A DNA stretch of 40,482 nucleotides from Perkinsus olseni (lineage: Eukaryota): contig JABANN010000047.1 of NCBI GenBank assembly GCA_013115125.1, forward strand, positions 62,001-102,482. The letters run 5' to 3'. Made by a program: the position numbers and the translations under genes. Below are positions 23,270-34,196 of the stretch, piece after piece. Under the pieces are notes generated by a model, which was given only the letters and a program-made list of their open reading frames with translations, had not been told where the DNA came from and ran no database searches. Each line of letters starts with the position of its first letter. The first letter of the stretch is position 1.

Positions 23270-23880
23270 CTGCGGAGGTGCGTGGACCACCTTCCAACTG
23301 CCTCTCTTCTCAGTTCCTCTATGCTACGTCGGCGTGAGCGGGTCTGCGACATTCCGCGTGACCTGACCGCCGCCTTCCCGGGTGGAATTCAACCCTCCCT
23401 GGGAGGCCTCCCACCCTCAACCTAAACCGAGTCTGCGGGTGAGCTATGGTAGCCCCGGCATCAAGGATTACCAGGCTGGACCAGTCCAGTGTTTGGGTGC
23501 TTGCGTGTTCGCACGCCCAGCACTCCGGTGCAATGGCAGACGGGCCGGCGTTGCTCCTTGGCCCGTCGTCCTCAACAGAGGCACGTGACACATGCCCTGT
23601 TCAAGTGTGCCATAACCGTCCCTTTCTCCCAGTCCCAGCAGTCAGAGGTTTCAGGCCATAGCATGAGGCGTTCGGGTGCTTGTGCACTGCTGGCTAACAA
23701 TGTTCCGGCGGAGCAAGTTCGGGTTGCGGGCAACTAGAGGTCACGACTCGTGACCAGGAAGACCATACTCCTCCCAAGCTCGTGACTCACGAGCTTGGGA
23801 GGAGTATGGTCTTCCTGAGATAAAGCGGCAGTGCAGAGGACATGCTGCAGAAATTCTTGGCTCGCCTGCGTTATTTGGCA
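23270..23880 (+). mobile_element. Decayed tyrosine recombinase (DIRS/Ngaro/Crypton-type element relic)
   Basis: SGHSMRRSGACALLANNVPAEQVRVAGN*RS (HxxR box, with Trp mutated to TAG). After removing a 46-bp insertion it continues RAWEEY (catalytic Tyr). Upstream frameshifted MLRRRE and CPV motifs are present. Confidence 0.78.
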
Positions 23881-24624
23881 GCCAAATTTTGGCTGGTGCG
23901 ATCATGGTGTTGTGCTTTCCGTTTCTGAGGACCACCGATGCTTCGTGTGCGGAGTGATGGGCCTTGTGTCTTCGGATGTGCTGCTTCTGCGTGGGGTATA
24001 GTGCTTGCGGTACTTGGGTGTTGTTGTTACACTTTGGTACATCCTTAGACCTCCGCTTGCTTGAACGGTGTCCTGTACACAGGAGTAGTGCGGCTCTTTG
24101 GTGCTGGGGGATCTATGGTGGAACCTTGAGGTAATTCGGTGTTTTCGGGGTAGTGACTCAGGGGGTACAGTCGTGTGTGGTTTGTTGGGTGAGTGATGGG
24201 AGACATTGCCTGTGTGCTTGCGTGCAAGGCAATGTGACTGCGGTGTTGTATTGGCCGCTGGCCCGAGGCGTGTGGGACATCCTGGCGATGTCTACTGGTC
24301 TTCGGGTCTCGGGCTAATTTGCACCACAGTCTCACCCAACACCCCCAGTTGACTGATGCGATGCGGCGAAGCGCGTCTTGATAGGACTCCTATCAGCATC
24401 GTGCCGAACGCAGCGCTGCTCCTATCATAGGAGGCCACTATCTTGTTGTTCGTTATCCGCCGATCGTCTTGTGCATGCGTGCATAGCTTATTCCTCTCGA
24501 GAGAGTAAGCCTGGAAGAAAAGGTAGAAAGACTTTACCCTTCTTCGTCTCGCTTTGCGTTGACTATGAGCAACAGCGGAAAAGCAATATGTCCTTATCAT
24601 AGTCAGCTATTGGCGTTGTCCCAG

Positions 24625-25774
24625 ATGGTCATCAGCCCGCGCTTCGTCGCTGCTATCCTCTTCGTGTTGGTCCCCCGTAATGATGGGACGATGGTGTCCT
24701 TCAGTAGTCAAGAGTGGGTATTACCGGTAGATGATATCTGCAATATGTTCTCCCGGGGAGTCAACAAGTTTTACCTAGAGGGCGCTACATTACTGCCTGA
24801 TGGGTCTATCTACTCGGAGGTGAAAGATGTCACGAAGGTCAATGAAATAGCTGATTGTGCCAAGAAGTACGGTACGAGGATGTCTCTTCTACTCTGGACA
24901 GATGACTACCCCTTCGATGAATGCTCTCCTGGTAAATTGAACTTCACCGCCTTCAAGCATCAACTTCAGTCTTACATCACCCAGTATGATGTGGACGAGG
25001 TGACTTTTTGGATTTGGGCTGGGAAATGTGAACAATTCTCCTGGAAAGTCTCGACCAAGATCAGTAGCATTATCCGTCGTTCGTTGAAGACTAGGTCCGG
25101 AAAACCAGTCAGAGCGTCACTCGGGTGAGTACGGGCCCCTCTTAGAAGCCTTCGTTTCCGGGCCTGTTAGCCGACTGAAAGCTCAATGTGATTGCGCCGC
25201 GATCGTTGCGGTGTAACGAGGCTTCGCGTGTTTTCAGTTTCTCGGCGGAGCCTTTAGACTCGCCCTTGTGGAAGTATATAAAGAGAGCCAGCGTTGGGAG
25301 ATACTTCGACACCATCTCGGTCCAATTCGGTTTTCCAGGTATCTTCGACAGACGCACCATTGATGTTCCCTTCGCATACAAGGTCGTTGATCGTCTCCTA
25401 AACTACGGAGTGCCGGCACAACAGATAGAGCTCTCAGTAAGTTACAGAACTCTCCTCGTGGCGTTATAGCCGGCATGGCTCGCCAGTAGCGGGATGCGCG
25501 ATAACGTGTCGTGGTTCAGGTTGATACCGATGGGTTTGACGAGTTGACTTTACAGCCTGTGCCTTACTTCGCACTGATTGAGGAGGGTGCACCTCTATTC
25601 TCGAATGGTTCCTTCGAGGGCTACATTTACCAGTCCCAAAAACAAGTTTATGAGAAGACTTACCTCATTAAGGAAAAAGGCCTGCGTGGATTCTCGCTAC
25701 GTTCCATTATTTGGGACACACCCGTCGACAGCTGCTCTTCTTTGCTTTATGCTGCTTTATACTATAGAGGATAG
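24625..25774 (+). CDS. GH18 chitinase-like protein, probably non-catalytic, 3 exons
   Basis: Signal peptide present. SYITQYDVDEVTFWIW sits where DGxDxDxE is expected. LLNYGVPAQQIEL and YQSQKQVYEKTYLIKEKGLRGFSLRSIIWD...SLLYA match the GH18 barrel C-terminal pattern. Confidence 0.72.
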
Positions 25775-26499
25775 AGTCTTTTAGCTAGATTCTTTGAGAT
25801 TCCTACTAGAAACCGCCGGCTCTCCAGGGAAGAATTTTTGGTGAAGGCTGATTTTTGCTAGATTTTTGTCTCCCCTTCTCAAGCCCTGCGAGCCATCAGT
25901 TCCTTCTCGCAACGGTGCTTAGTCTCTCAGTGTGAGTGGGCCGGACGAAGAAAGCCCTTTTTAGCACATACGTTGCGGGATAGAGAATCTGTGCCGAGTT
26001 TGCTGATAGTTGCTGCTGTAGTTGTTGTATCCGATAATCAGTTATATTTTTTTAGCTGGACCGCTTGAGCGCCTCTCTGTGGGGCCGGAGGAGATGGCCA
26101 ATGATGGTATGTCTTTTTCAGCACTCATGGTGCATCGATCCTTTGCTGGAGCTGAGCGATGGCCGTTTGAGTAGTCATTCAGTAAATGGGCCGTAGAAGA
26201 CCCCTTGTAGGTCGAATTGTAGTCGTAAATTTCAGCGTACTTCTCACTTACTACTCTTCTCACTTGACGCCATGAGTTCAGTTTCGGGTGGCACATAAAG
26301 GCAGACTCGACGGCAACGTTCTTTGAGCGTTATTTGAGAATCAAGTAAGATGACCCACAGTGCCATTGTGGGGTCCCCCGGGGACCGTCCCCGGGAGATC
26401 CCGGCGTGAGTTCAAAATTTGAACTCCAAATTACTCTTCTCCGGGAGGGCCTTATCATCATCTGTCTCGAATGCAGTGTATTTTTACTTCCAGTCAGAA

Positions 26500-27100
26500 T
26501 ACTTTCGACGAGCAGAGTACTTCTGGGAGTGTATTCTACCCTCAGAGACAACAAGGACGAGCTGTCCGCGGCCCCTCTTGGATCCGGTCGTGGGCTTGCT
26601 AATCGAAAGTACAAGAAAATCGAAGCAGGACCGAGAGGAGCTAACGACAGACGCCAAGCTGAGGAGAAGCTATCGGAGGGAGGCCCATTCTCACCTTTGG
26701 GTCATCTACAGGAAGGCGATACAGATCGTCTCATGAAGACTATCGACTGGGACTGGGACAGTGACACATACAAATGCGAGAAAATACATCGCTTCTTGGC
26801 CTTTAACGCCCCTACGATTATGTGAACAGAAACCTCGATTGGCTGTTCGATGCCGTTAATAAGAGAACCGATGAGGTGGAGAAGAAGATTGGCGGGGAGA
26901 AGCCGTCCACCGAACAATTTGAAGCGGATGATTTAGATGAGACTGCGTCTCTAGTAGAGACTCTCTACCGTCGCTTGAGGAGTAAGCGCAAGCATTGGAT
27001 CTTGAGGAACCCTCAAGAAACAAGTTGATCCTGTTGGTGCGAAAAACAGTCGAAGGGTATTTTCCACAGCATCGGAAACTCTATTACAAACCTAAGAAGT
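26500..27100 (+). pseudogene. Frameshifted fragment of an unknown coding sequence
   Basis: Protein-like ORFs 26406-26825 and 26822-27028 abut with a frame change and stops. No family recognised. Confidence 0.3.
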
Positions 27101-28109
27101 AAGGGATGTTCCTGTTCTGAATCCGCGACAGTGTAATCCCCCTCAACGGACGCAACATCAGCAGATAAACACACAGGGTGGAGCTCCTTCCGATGGTGTA
27201 ACATGGAGACCTGTAGGGATCGCGCTCGCCCAGGAACAGGGACAAAGAAATTGATTCTCGCGCTCCGCCAGTCATCGCGCTCAGCCTTCTACCTCTTTCT
27301 ACCCCTCCTGGGTCAGAAGTCCTGACTAATCACTGTCCAGGAGAGTGATTGTGACAATTGTACTGCACTGCATTGTATGTACTGAACACGTGCGCTGCTG
27401 TCGGCAACGACGATGACTCAATACCGTAACACTCTCGGATCTGATGCAAGCCTTCTACTGATAATATAGCTGAGTAGGGGATGAGCGACTGAACTGAGAT
27501 TTTTTCCGACGTGTTACCGAATCACTCCCGACAACCTCTTCGATGCTCGATACGATTCGGGGCAGGCGAAGGTACACGAGGGCTGCTCATTGAGCAGCAA
27601 ATTCAAGTGTTACAGACCAAGAGTAGAGTTTGTACTGTATAGAGACCTGCCCACTGGGCATTGCGCAGCAAGCCCCGCTTCCAAATGATCGAGACTTGAT
27701 CGTGTCTCGCGAGTATGCGAAGTGCATCGCCCTCTTAAGTTCCCGGAGAAAGGTTCTTCAACTAGGTATTCCAGTACCTCGAGCGGCTCGAGTCGAGTCT
27801 CCTTGAGGTGTATCTGAGCCGAAGGTTGCGGGGGGAGGACTCCGCTCGGTCGCTCGCCTAACTTCCTTTGAGATAGATGACATCTTCATCCGACCCTTCA
27901 ACCTGATTTATCAGGCTCATCATGAGCTGCTCATGGTACTAACGCAGTGTTGACAACACTCAGAGTTCAGCGTCTCTGAATTTAATTCAGAGGTGCCTGT
28001 TGAATTGGGACTGCCAATTCGGGAGGACGAGGTGCTTGAAGAGACTCTCTTCAAGAGAGGGAACTCAGGCGATCTCAGCTCGTACAATGTACGACGTACA
28101 TCGCACCCA

Positions 28110-28640
28110 ACCTCATTCCGCTATCCGACAATCGGGCATTCAGCTCAAACGTTCGGGCTCAGTTCCCTCACGTTGGATACGAGTCGTATCATACGACCAA
28201 TGGTTGTCGACCATTGCATATCCTTCGTTCTTTTTCATACTGTTCGCTTACGTACGTGACTACGCCTCGAACTTCGAGGCCCAAAGCCTTCGAAATGCAA
28301 AGGTTTCGACTTTCGAAGTGCGAAACCTGCCGGAGTTGAAGTTAATGGTGGAGCTGAACTCCACCATTAACTTCAACTCCAGGAGTTCGTAACTAAATCC
28401 TTGCCAGCAACATCATGAAGGACAGTTGCGAAGTTCCTGTTGCGCTCTCATTTCTTGAACACGAAGACTTACCAGGCAAACTTATACTTGGAGGCTCCAA
28501 GTATGAGTTTGCCCGGTAAGTCATCGCTACGAGTTGGAGCGACCCTTGGTCATCGCCGATGACCCATGGGAGCGTGCTACCGTTTGGTGTGTCTTCTCTC
28601 TGGCTGCTCGTGTGGGCGAGTGGGACCAACTAAGCCGAAC
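28110..28640 (+). pseudogene. Pepsin-like aspartic protease relic
   Basis: IGHSAQTFGLSSLTLDTS resembles IGxPxQxFxxxxDTGS, and LPGKLILGG resembles the pepsin GxLxxGG motif. Frames are broken and a 22-bp-arm hairpin lies at 28332-28380. Confidence 0.4.
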
Positions 28641-31210
28641 ACCTTACGAGTGGCGAAAGTCAATCAAATCCTCTGAATATAAGCTAAGGCAGGATTCCTA
28701 CCGTGGGAAGATAACTGTTCGAGCTGATGCCGATGTCAGCAAATTGAATATCAGCAATACTTCTTAATCGAATGAATATGGGCCAAGGTCATGGGCCTCG
28801 AACTTATCGTAGTAGCAGCTACTGCATATGCCCTGCATCTGCGCTAGGGTGCACTGGCGACGACAACGCTCGCAAGGGAATCCTAAAGTGCAACCTCGAT
28901 GATGTGATATGAGAACAGCACACATTTTTTCCGACAATCTCAGTGCTAAGGCATAACGTAGCGCTCATCCGCGTCTCACTCAAGCATTCATTGCACACCT
29001 GCTTGAGTGAACTGCTGGCTCCACATAATCCACAAGGGTTACCGTAAGACTTAGGCTGACCTGAGGCTAGATTTCACGGGCATAGAGCTCCTCTTGATTC
29101 TAGTAGCAACTTCTTACTGCCGACAGCGTAGCAGAAGGTTTCCACCACTAGGGTTATAGTATCCTCTCTCACCATTGCCTGTAGCACCTGTGGCAGTGAC
29201 AGAGTTGAGCTATCGATACCCACTTTCTCGCCGTCCGGGTAGATAATGAAGACCTTGCTTCCATAAGTGAGCCTGAGAGGGGAATCTGGTGTCATACAAG
29301 ATGTGTTATAAAACTCAGCCGACTTAACTCCGGTATGAAATTATGGAGTTCATCTCTACGCTTCTGCTCCGTCTGCTTCTCGAAAGCGGGACTAATATAA
29401 TCCCAAGGCAGTATCTTAGCGGGCTTGTCATCTACCTTTATCTTGGCCCACCTGGCGATTTTGTTCATATGGGAAGGTTCGGTGAAATATTCCTATCACT
29501 ACTCAGAAGCCTTATCCCTTCGTGTGGTCACGTGCATGCGCGCAGCCGAAGTTTGACCACAAAATTTACGGTCAAACGTCCACGCGACGCGTGGCACGCG
29601 TGCAGGATCGGCGCTACTCTTAATTATTCTTGAGAGCCAGCTGGTGATGCGAGGGAGCCTAGTTTCTGAGGAGCATCGTCGTCATCGCTCATTCGTCTAC
29701 ACCACTATGGTACTAGCCGTGGTGACCGTCAACTTCGTTCGTTGATGATCTAGATTCGTTGTAGTTTCAAGTTCGGAGGCTCCATTGAAGCACAATCAGA
29801 ATTTTCTGAACGATTACGAATAAGCTATTTACTCCCGATTATGCCGACGCGGTGAAGATCGGGGGGGGGGGCTGCAACTTGTAGCCTGCAAGTTGAATCA
29901 TTTACCTCATCAAGGATTAGCGAGGTTAGCTCACAAGAGAATAACACCTTCCCGTGACGGAGGAATATATGCCGAAGAGGCAACACCATGTCGGACCAAA
30001 CAGTGACAGAACCTGACAGATCGCGCAGAGTCTGCGCCGCGCCGCAGACATAACATTTGGCGGCCCCAACCTCGCGGGTGAACAGTTAGGTCTCAAGTTG
30101 AGCCCTAAGGCCATAGGGATAGCGGAGATCTCGAGTTGAGTCGCTCAGTTCGAGATCTCCGCTATCCCATCCCTTATTGTATCTTCGCTGGGACCCCCTC
30201 CTCCCAGCCTGGAAGGTTACCGCATGTTCACCTAAATTTTCGGACTGAACCAGAGTCTGAAAATCGACCTTCCGGAAATGTTAGCTGAATCTCGCACACA
30301 GGATATTCATGACAGAAAAACCCAGAGCGCCGGATCCACCATTTAGGAACTCAACGAAAAGTGTTGAAAACAATCGCGAATGCCCAACCCCTGAGTGTAA
30401 TAAGGCTGATGAAATCAGCTACTCGAGAATCTCGAGCCTGATTCACTATGAAGCCCCTGACGAGTGAGAGCCACTCATTTCTTCTTATAATCAACTGTCT
30501 GAGACCTACCGCTGGAGGAAATGGTTGAACTCCCCACGAAGCACTTGGTATCAATGGGCATTCTGCATAAGTGACTTATGATAAGTCTGACCCGATCAGC
30601 CCGATCGCAAGTTCCTTCGCGAGCAAGGATTCCTATTGAATCCCAATAGTGCAGATCATTTGAAGTAACCTTTTTAGAACGGCACCATTTTCGTGAGCCG
30701 AGGTATGAAGTCGCCCGCTAGGCAAACCCAGATTGAGTCTTTCATTGGTACTGTGGACGGCCATGGAAGAGTTTAACCCCATTCCCGATCTGACAAGGCG
30801 GCAAAGCTCCGACTAACCGGCATCTAACGCTGTGATACACACTACCACACTGCATGAAGATCTAAGATCGCCCTGTACTAGAGGGCGAAAACCGTCGAGC
30901 GTTTCCTGCGAGTGCGTTTCAGTTCCGTTTCACCACTTTCCTCTAAAACGGTCAACCGCGGAACCGTTCAGAACCAGCTCACGCTAAGTCTCGCAGTGCA
31001 GCCTCAAGTTGCACAGAGAGAATTTGTGGCAGTTGACTTGTTGTTTCGTCTGACGATCAATGAAGCTCACTCCGTCATCTGCATTGGCCGCCCTGCTACT
31101 ACCGACTCTGATATCGGCTCGTACTAGACTACCCAAAGACGACAAGAGGAAATGTAAGTCTTCGTAGTCTCTAACTTTGCCATCTTGCTTTCTCACTGTT
31201 ATTCCCTCAG

Positions 31211-33154
31211 GGCAATCGAAGATCAAATCTGAGCTCAAAGGGTTCCAGTGGAACATCTACGCCAACGGTAGAGGCCGCTTCGACAAGCCCGGGAAGTTCA
31301 GATGTTTGGGTAAATGGAAAGATGCTATCGTTTATGGAGCCCGGAAGAAGGAGATTAAAGAGTGAGTCTAAAGAGTTCTTTGAAAGTGACTACCTTCCGT
31401 GGCGTTGCTTCGGTTGCAGCCAGAGCGATTTATTGCCAGGTTCTGTGTCCGTTTGCATGAGAAGCAGCATGATGACGAGGGTTACGAGGAGTCTCCCGTC
31501 AGATACAGTAACACGACTTCTCCTGCATAGTGCCTGATCTAGTTTTTCAGATTGCATCCTTGACCCGAACGACAAGGGGAACGATCATGGCAGAAAGAAC
31601 CGCGACTGGCTGTAGGTGCACGAATACATGATAGAACACATACTTCTGTTTCTGCCCTTCTTTTCATCTCCGTTTTTACAGGTGTTATGAGAAGGCGCCG
31701 AAGTCGGTATTGCTTCCTCCTCATGGCCCCTCTTTGGACTCCGAGTGCCCGGCTGAGGCTTCCGATCACCATGCTCCTCGATGTAGGGGCAAAGTCTGCT
31801 CTGATCGCATTCCGTGCTCTCATTCACATCATTAGGGTACCCTAATGAGAGCCCTCCAATCTGGTGCACTTACAACTGGTATGCGGAGTATCAGACGTGT
31901 TGGTGTATGCCTGGCTTCTATAGGACTTCTCCCCATGATACGTCCTTGAAAATGAGGTAAGGCGCAACCTTCGTGTGCTTCCACAGTGGTGCTGTCCTTC
32001 TCAGAGCTTGCCCGGATGAGACGGTGATCATAACTCCTCGTCAAGTGCCTCTGGAAGAGTGGAAGGAGATGATGTATCCTACGAATACAACGACCATAAC
32101 TACTACCACTACTACTACAACAACCACCACAACCACTAGCACCACGAAAACTGTTACAACGGTGTCGGCGACAACAGCCGTTGATTCGACTAACTTTATG
32201 AGATCTACGCGGCCCAGCACCAGTACCGCAGCGCCAAGCCCGCCCACTTCAACTACTGGCCTGGCTACATCCGCTGCTGGTACGCCTCACACTAATGGTG
32301 AGTTGTCTACCGGGACCTCCACCAAATGCATTTGCCCGTCTCCGACGACGCAGCAGTTCTCCGCGGCGACTACAACTGAGTGGTGGCCATCATCTTCCTC
32401 CCTTATCTCCACCACGGTTGTGCCCACTGCCACGACCACAGAGGGCAGCGTCATCGAAACATCGAGAGCTGAAAGCTCTGTGTCAACCAGTCGGAGCGGT
32501 ACGCCTGTTGACTTCACTGCGGCATTTGAGGAGGATGGAGATCCTAGGGTTGGTGCTTCGACGGCGACTCCCAGTAAGCCTTTGCGGGTCTGACTCGCCT
32601 CACTGATACCGTCACGCTTCAGACATGAGCTCTTGCGGTGAGCACGGTGTTTGGTCGTTTGTTATCGACTCCTGCGTGTGCGATGATGGCTGGGAAACAG
32701 TCGACTCTGAGTAGGCGGGCTGACTTGGTCGTCATTTAATTGGTCTTTTATTCAGTCCTTGCAGTGTTTTCATAGCAACTTTGCCGGAAGATGACGGCCT
32801 GGTAAGCATCTCGCGGTTCCCTCCGACATACAATATCTCACCTGAAGTGATGTTTCGCTTGCATTTCAGGGCGAGATGGCCTCTACCGACACTGAGTCGG
32901 GTGGAAAAGGAGGACTTGTGATCGCCATCATGATGCTGGTGATTATCATCGGAGTTGCATGTTTCCTTCTGTAAGTGAAAACCGTTCTTTCATCGCTCCG
33001 CTCCGGTTGTTACTCCTGTCCCTCATGATGCGTGTTGCTCAGGTGGCGTTTCTACCGCACGCGTGGCTTCTCCGTGCCAACACTGCGCCTGCCGTCGCTG
33101 ACCAGGCCTCAGAAGCGGACTGAAGGGCGATTGACAGAGGTTTCCATCCCGTGA
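31211..33154 (+). CDS. Multi-exon type I membrane protein with a Cys-containing ectodomain and Thr/Ser mucin stalk; start unresolved (upstream of 31211)
   Basis: Poly-Thr/Ser exon at about 32005-32573. TM exon GGLVIAIMMLVIIIGVACFLL splices to WRFYRTRG...EVSIP* (TGA 33152-33154). Several short upstream Cys-containing exons are bounded by GT-AG. Confidence 0.7.
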
Positions 33155-33619
33155 TGTTCACATTGAGCGTCGTCTCATGCAACTGATACCTGACTCTATA
33201 ATAGCATGCAAGCAAAGCTTAGTATCTATAATCGGCCCTAGCCGGTGCAGCATCTCTCAGTGAGAGTATTTTAAGTCGACGAAGTTTTGACAAGAAAGTA
33301 TGAAGTAATCTTCATAACTTTTTTCAAGTTTGGAAAAGATGTGTTATTGGGTTAAGCTAGTTGTTGGAAACCCTGAGTAACTGCAAATTTGAAAGGTGCA
33401 CGTCACCTAAGAACTCAAGATACCTCAGGATAGACGATTGAGGGCGTAATCATTGAGCGGCAGCGTCGACGCTGTCTGGTAGCTATAACTATGTGTGCGA
33501 TCGTGCATTGAGTCAGGATGAGAATATCCAACGCACCCGTGTTGGGTACAATTCTGACCCTCCCTAAAATGGTAATGATTCGATCTAAGAAAGTGCAAGA
33601 CTTTCGCTGATCAAGTCGC

Positions 33620-34196
33620 CTACACCATTTCCAGACCTACTTAGTAAAACCCCAGCCCAAATTAGTAAAAGCCCAGAGCAATTTAATAAAGCCCAGACCA
33701 AATTAGTAAAACCCCAGAGCAATTTAATCGGCACGCGAGACGCATCCGGAATCCGGATTCCGGATCGTCCCTCCTCCCGGCCCGGGGACTCCGGCCATGA
33801 GTGGCGGGAGATGCGGTAGGACGAAGTCAGAATACCTCTTGCCGTACTGTGATATGTTGCTCCGAGAAGACGTTGAAGCAGTTACTATGTAACTCTGTAT
33901 ACGATGCTTCAATCACGCCCAAACATTTTACCCTCGTTGCTCAGCTATGGAAGGCATGCCAGTCGGAGCCCCAATTCGAGTGTTTAAGGATTAAACTTTA
34001 ACATGCGATCTGTAGGATACCGAGGGCTTACTTCATGTAGGCTGACGTTGTGAGTTTTCGTACTTGTTAGTGATTTTGTTGGGTTCTACTAAATTGGTCT
34101 TTCATAAAATCAAATTGCATTGGGGTTTTACTAATTTGGTCTGGGCTTTATTGAATTGCCTTGGGGTTTTACTAAGTAGGTCTGGAAATGGTGTAG
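33620..34196. mobile_element. MITE-like non-autonomous DNA transposon (577 bp)
   Basis: Perfect 35-bp terminal inverted repeats: ctacaccatttccagacctacttagtaaaacccca (33620-33654) and its reverse complement (34162-34196). Subterminal repeats of ttagtaaaa(c/g)cccag occur at both ends. Possible TA target duplication; no transposase. Confidence 0.85.

Noticed and set aside
23262-23742. 9-bp direct repeat ctagaggtc as a target-site duplication
   Set aside because: The second copy lies inside the recombinase reading frame (mutated Trp codon) and homology continues past it. YR elements typically do not make such TSDs.
30116-30168. Hairpins as rho-independent terminators or pre-miRNAs
   Set aside because: Eukaryotic context, no U-tract, not tied to gene ends, and no expression evidence. 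Better explained as inverted duplications.
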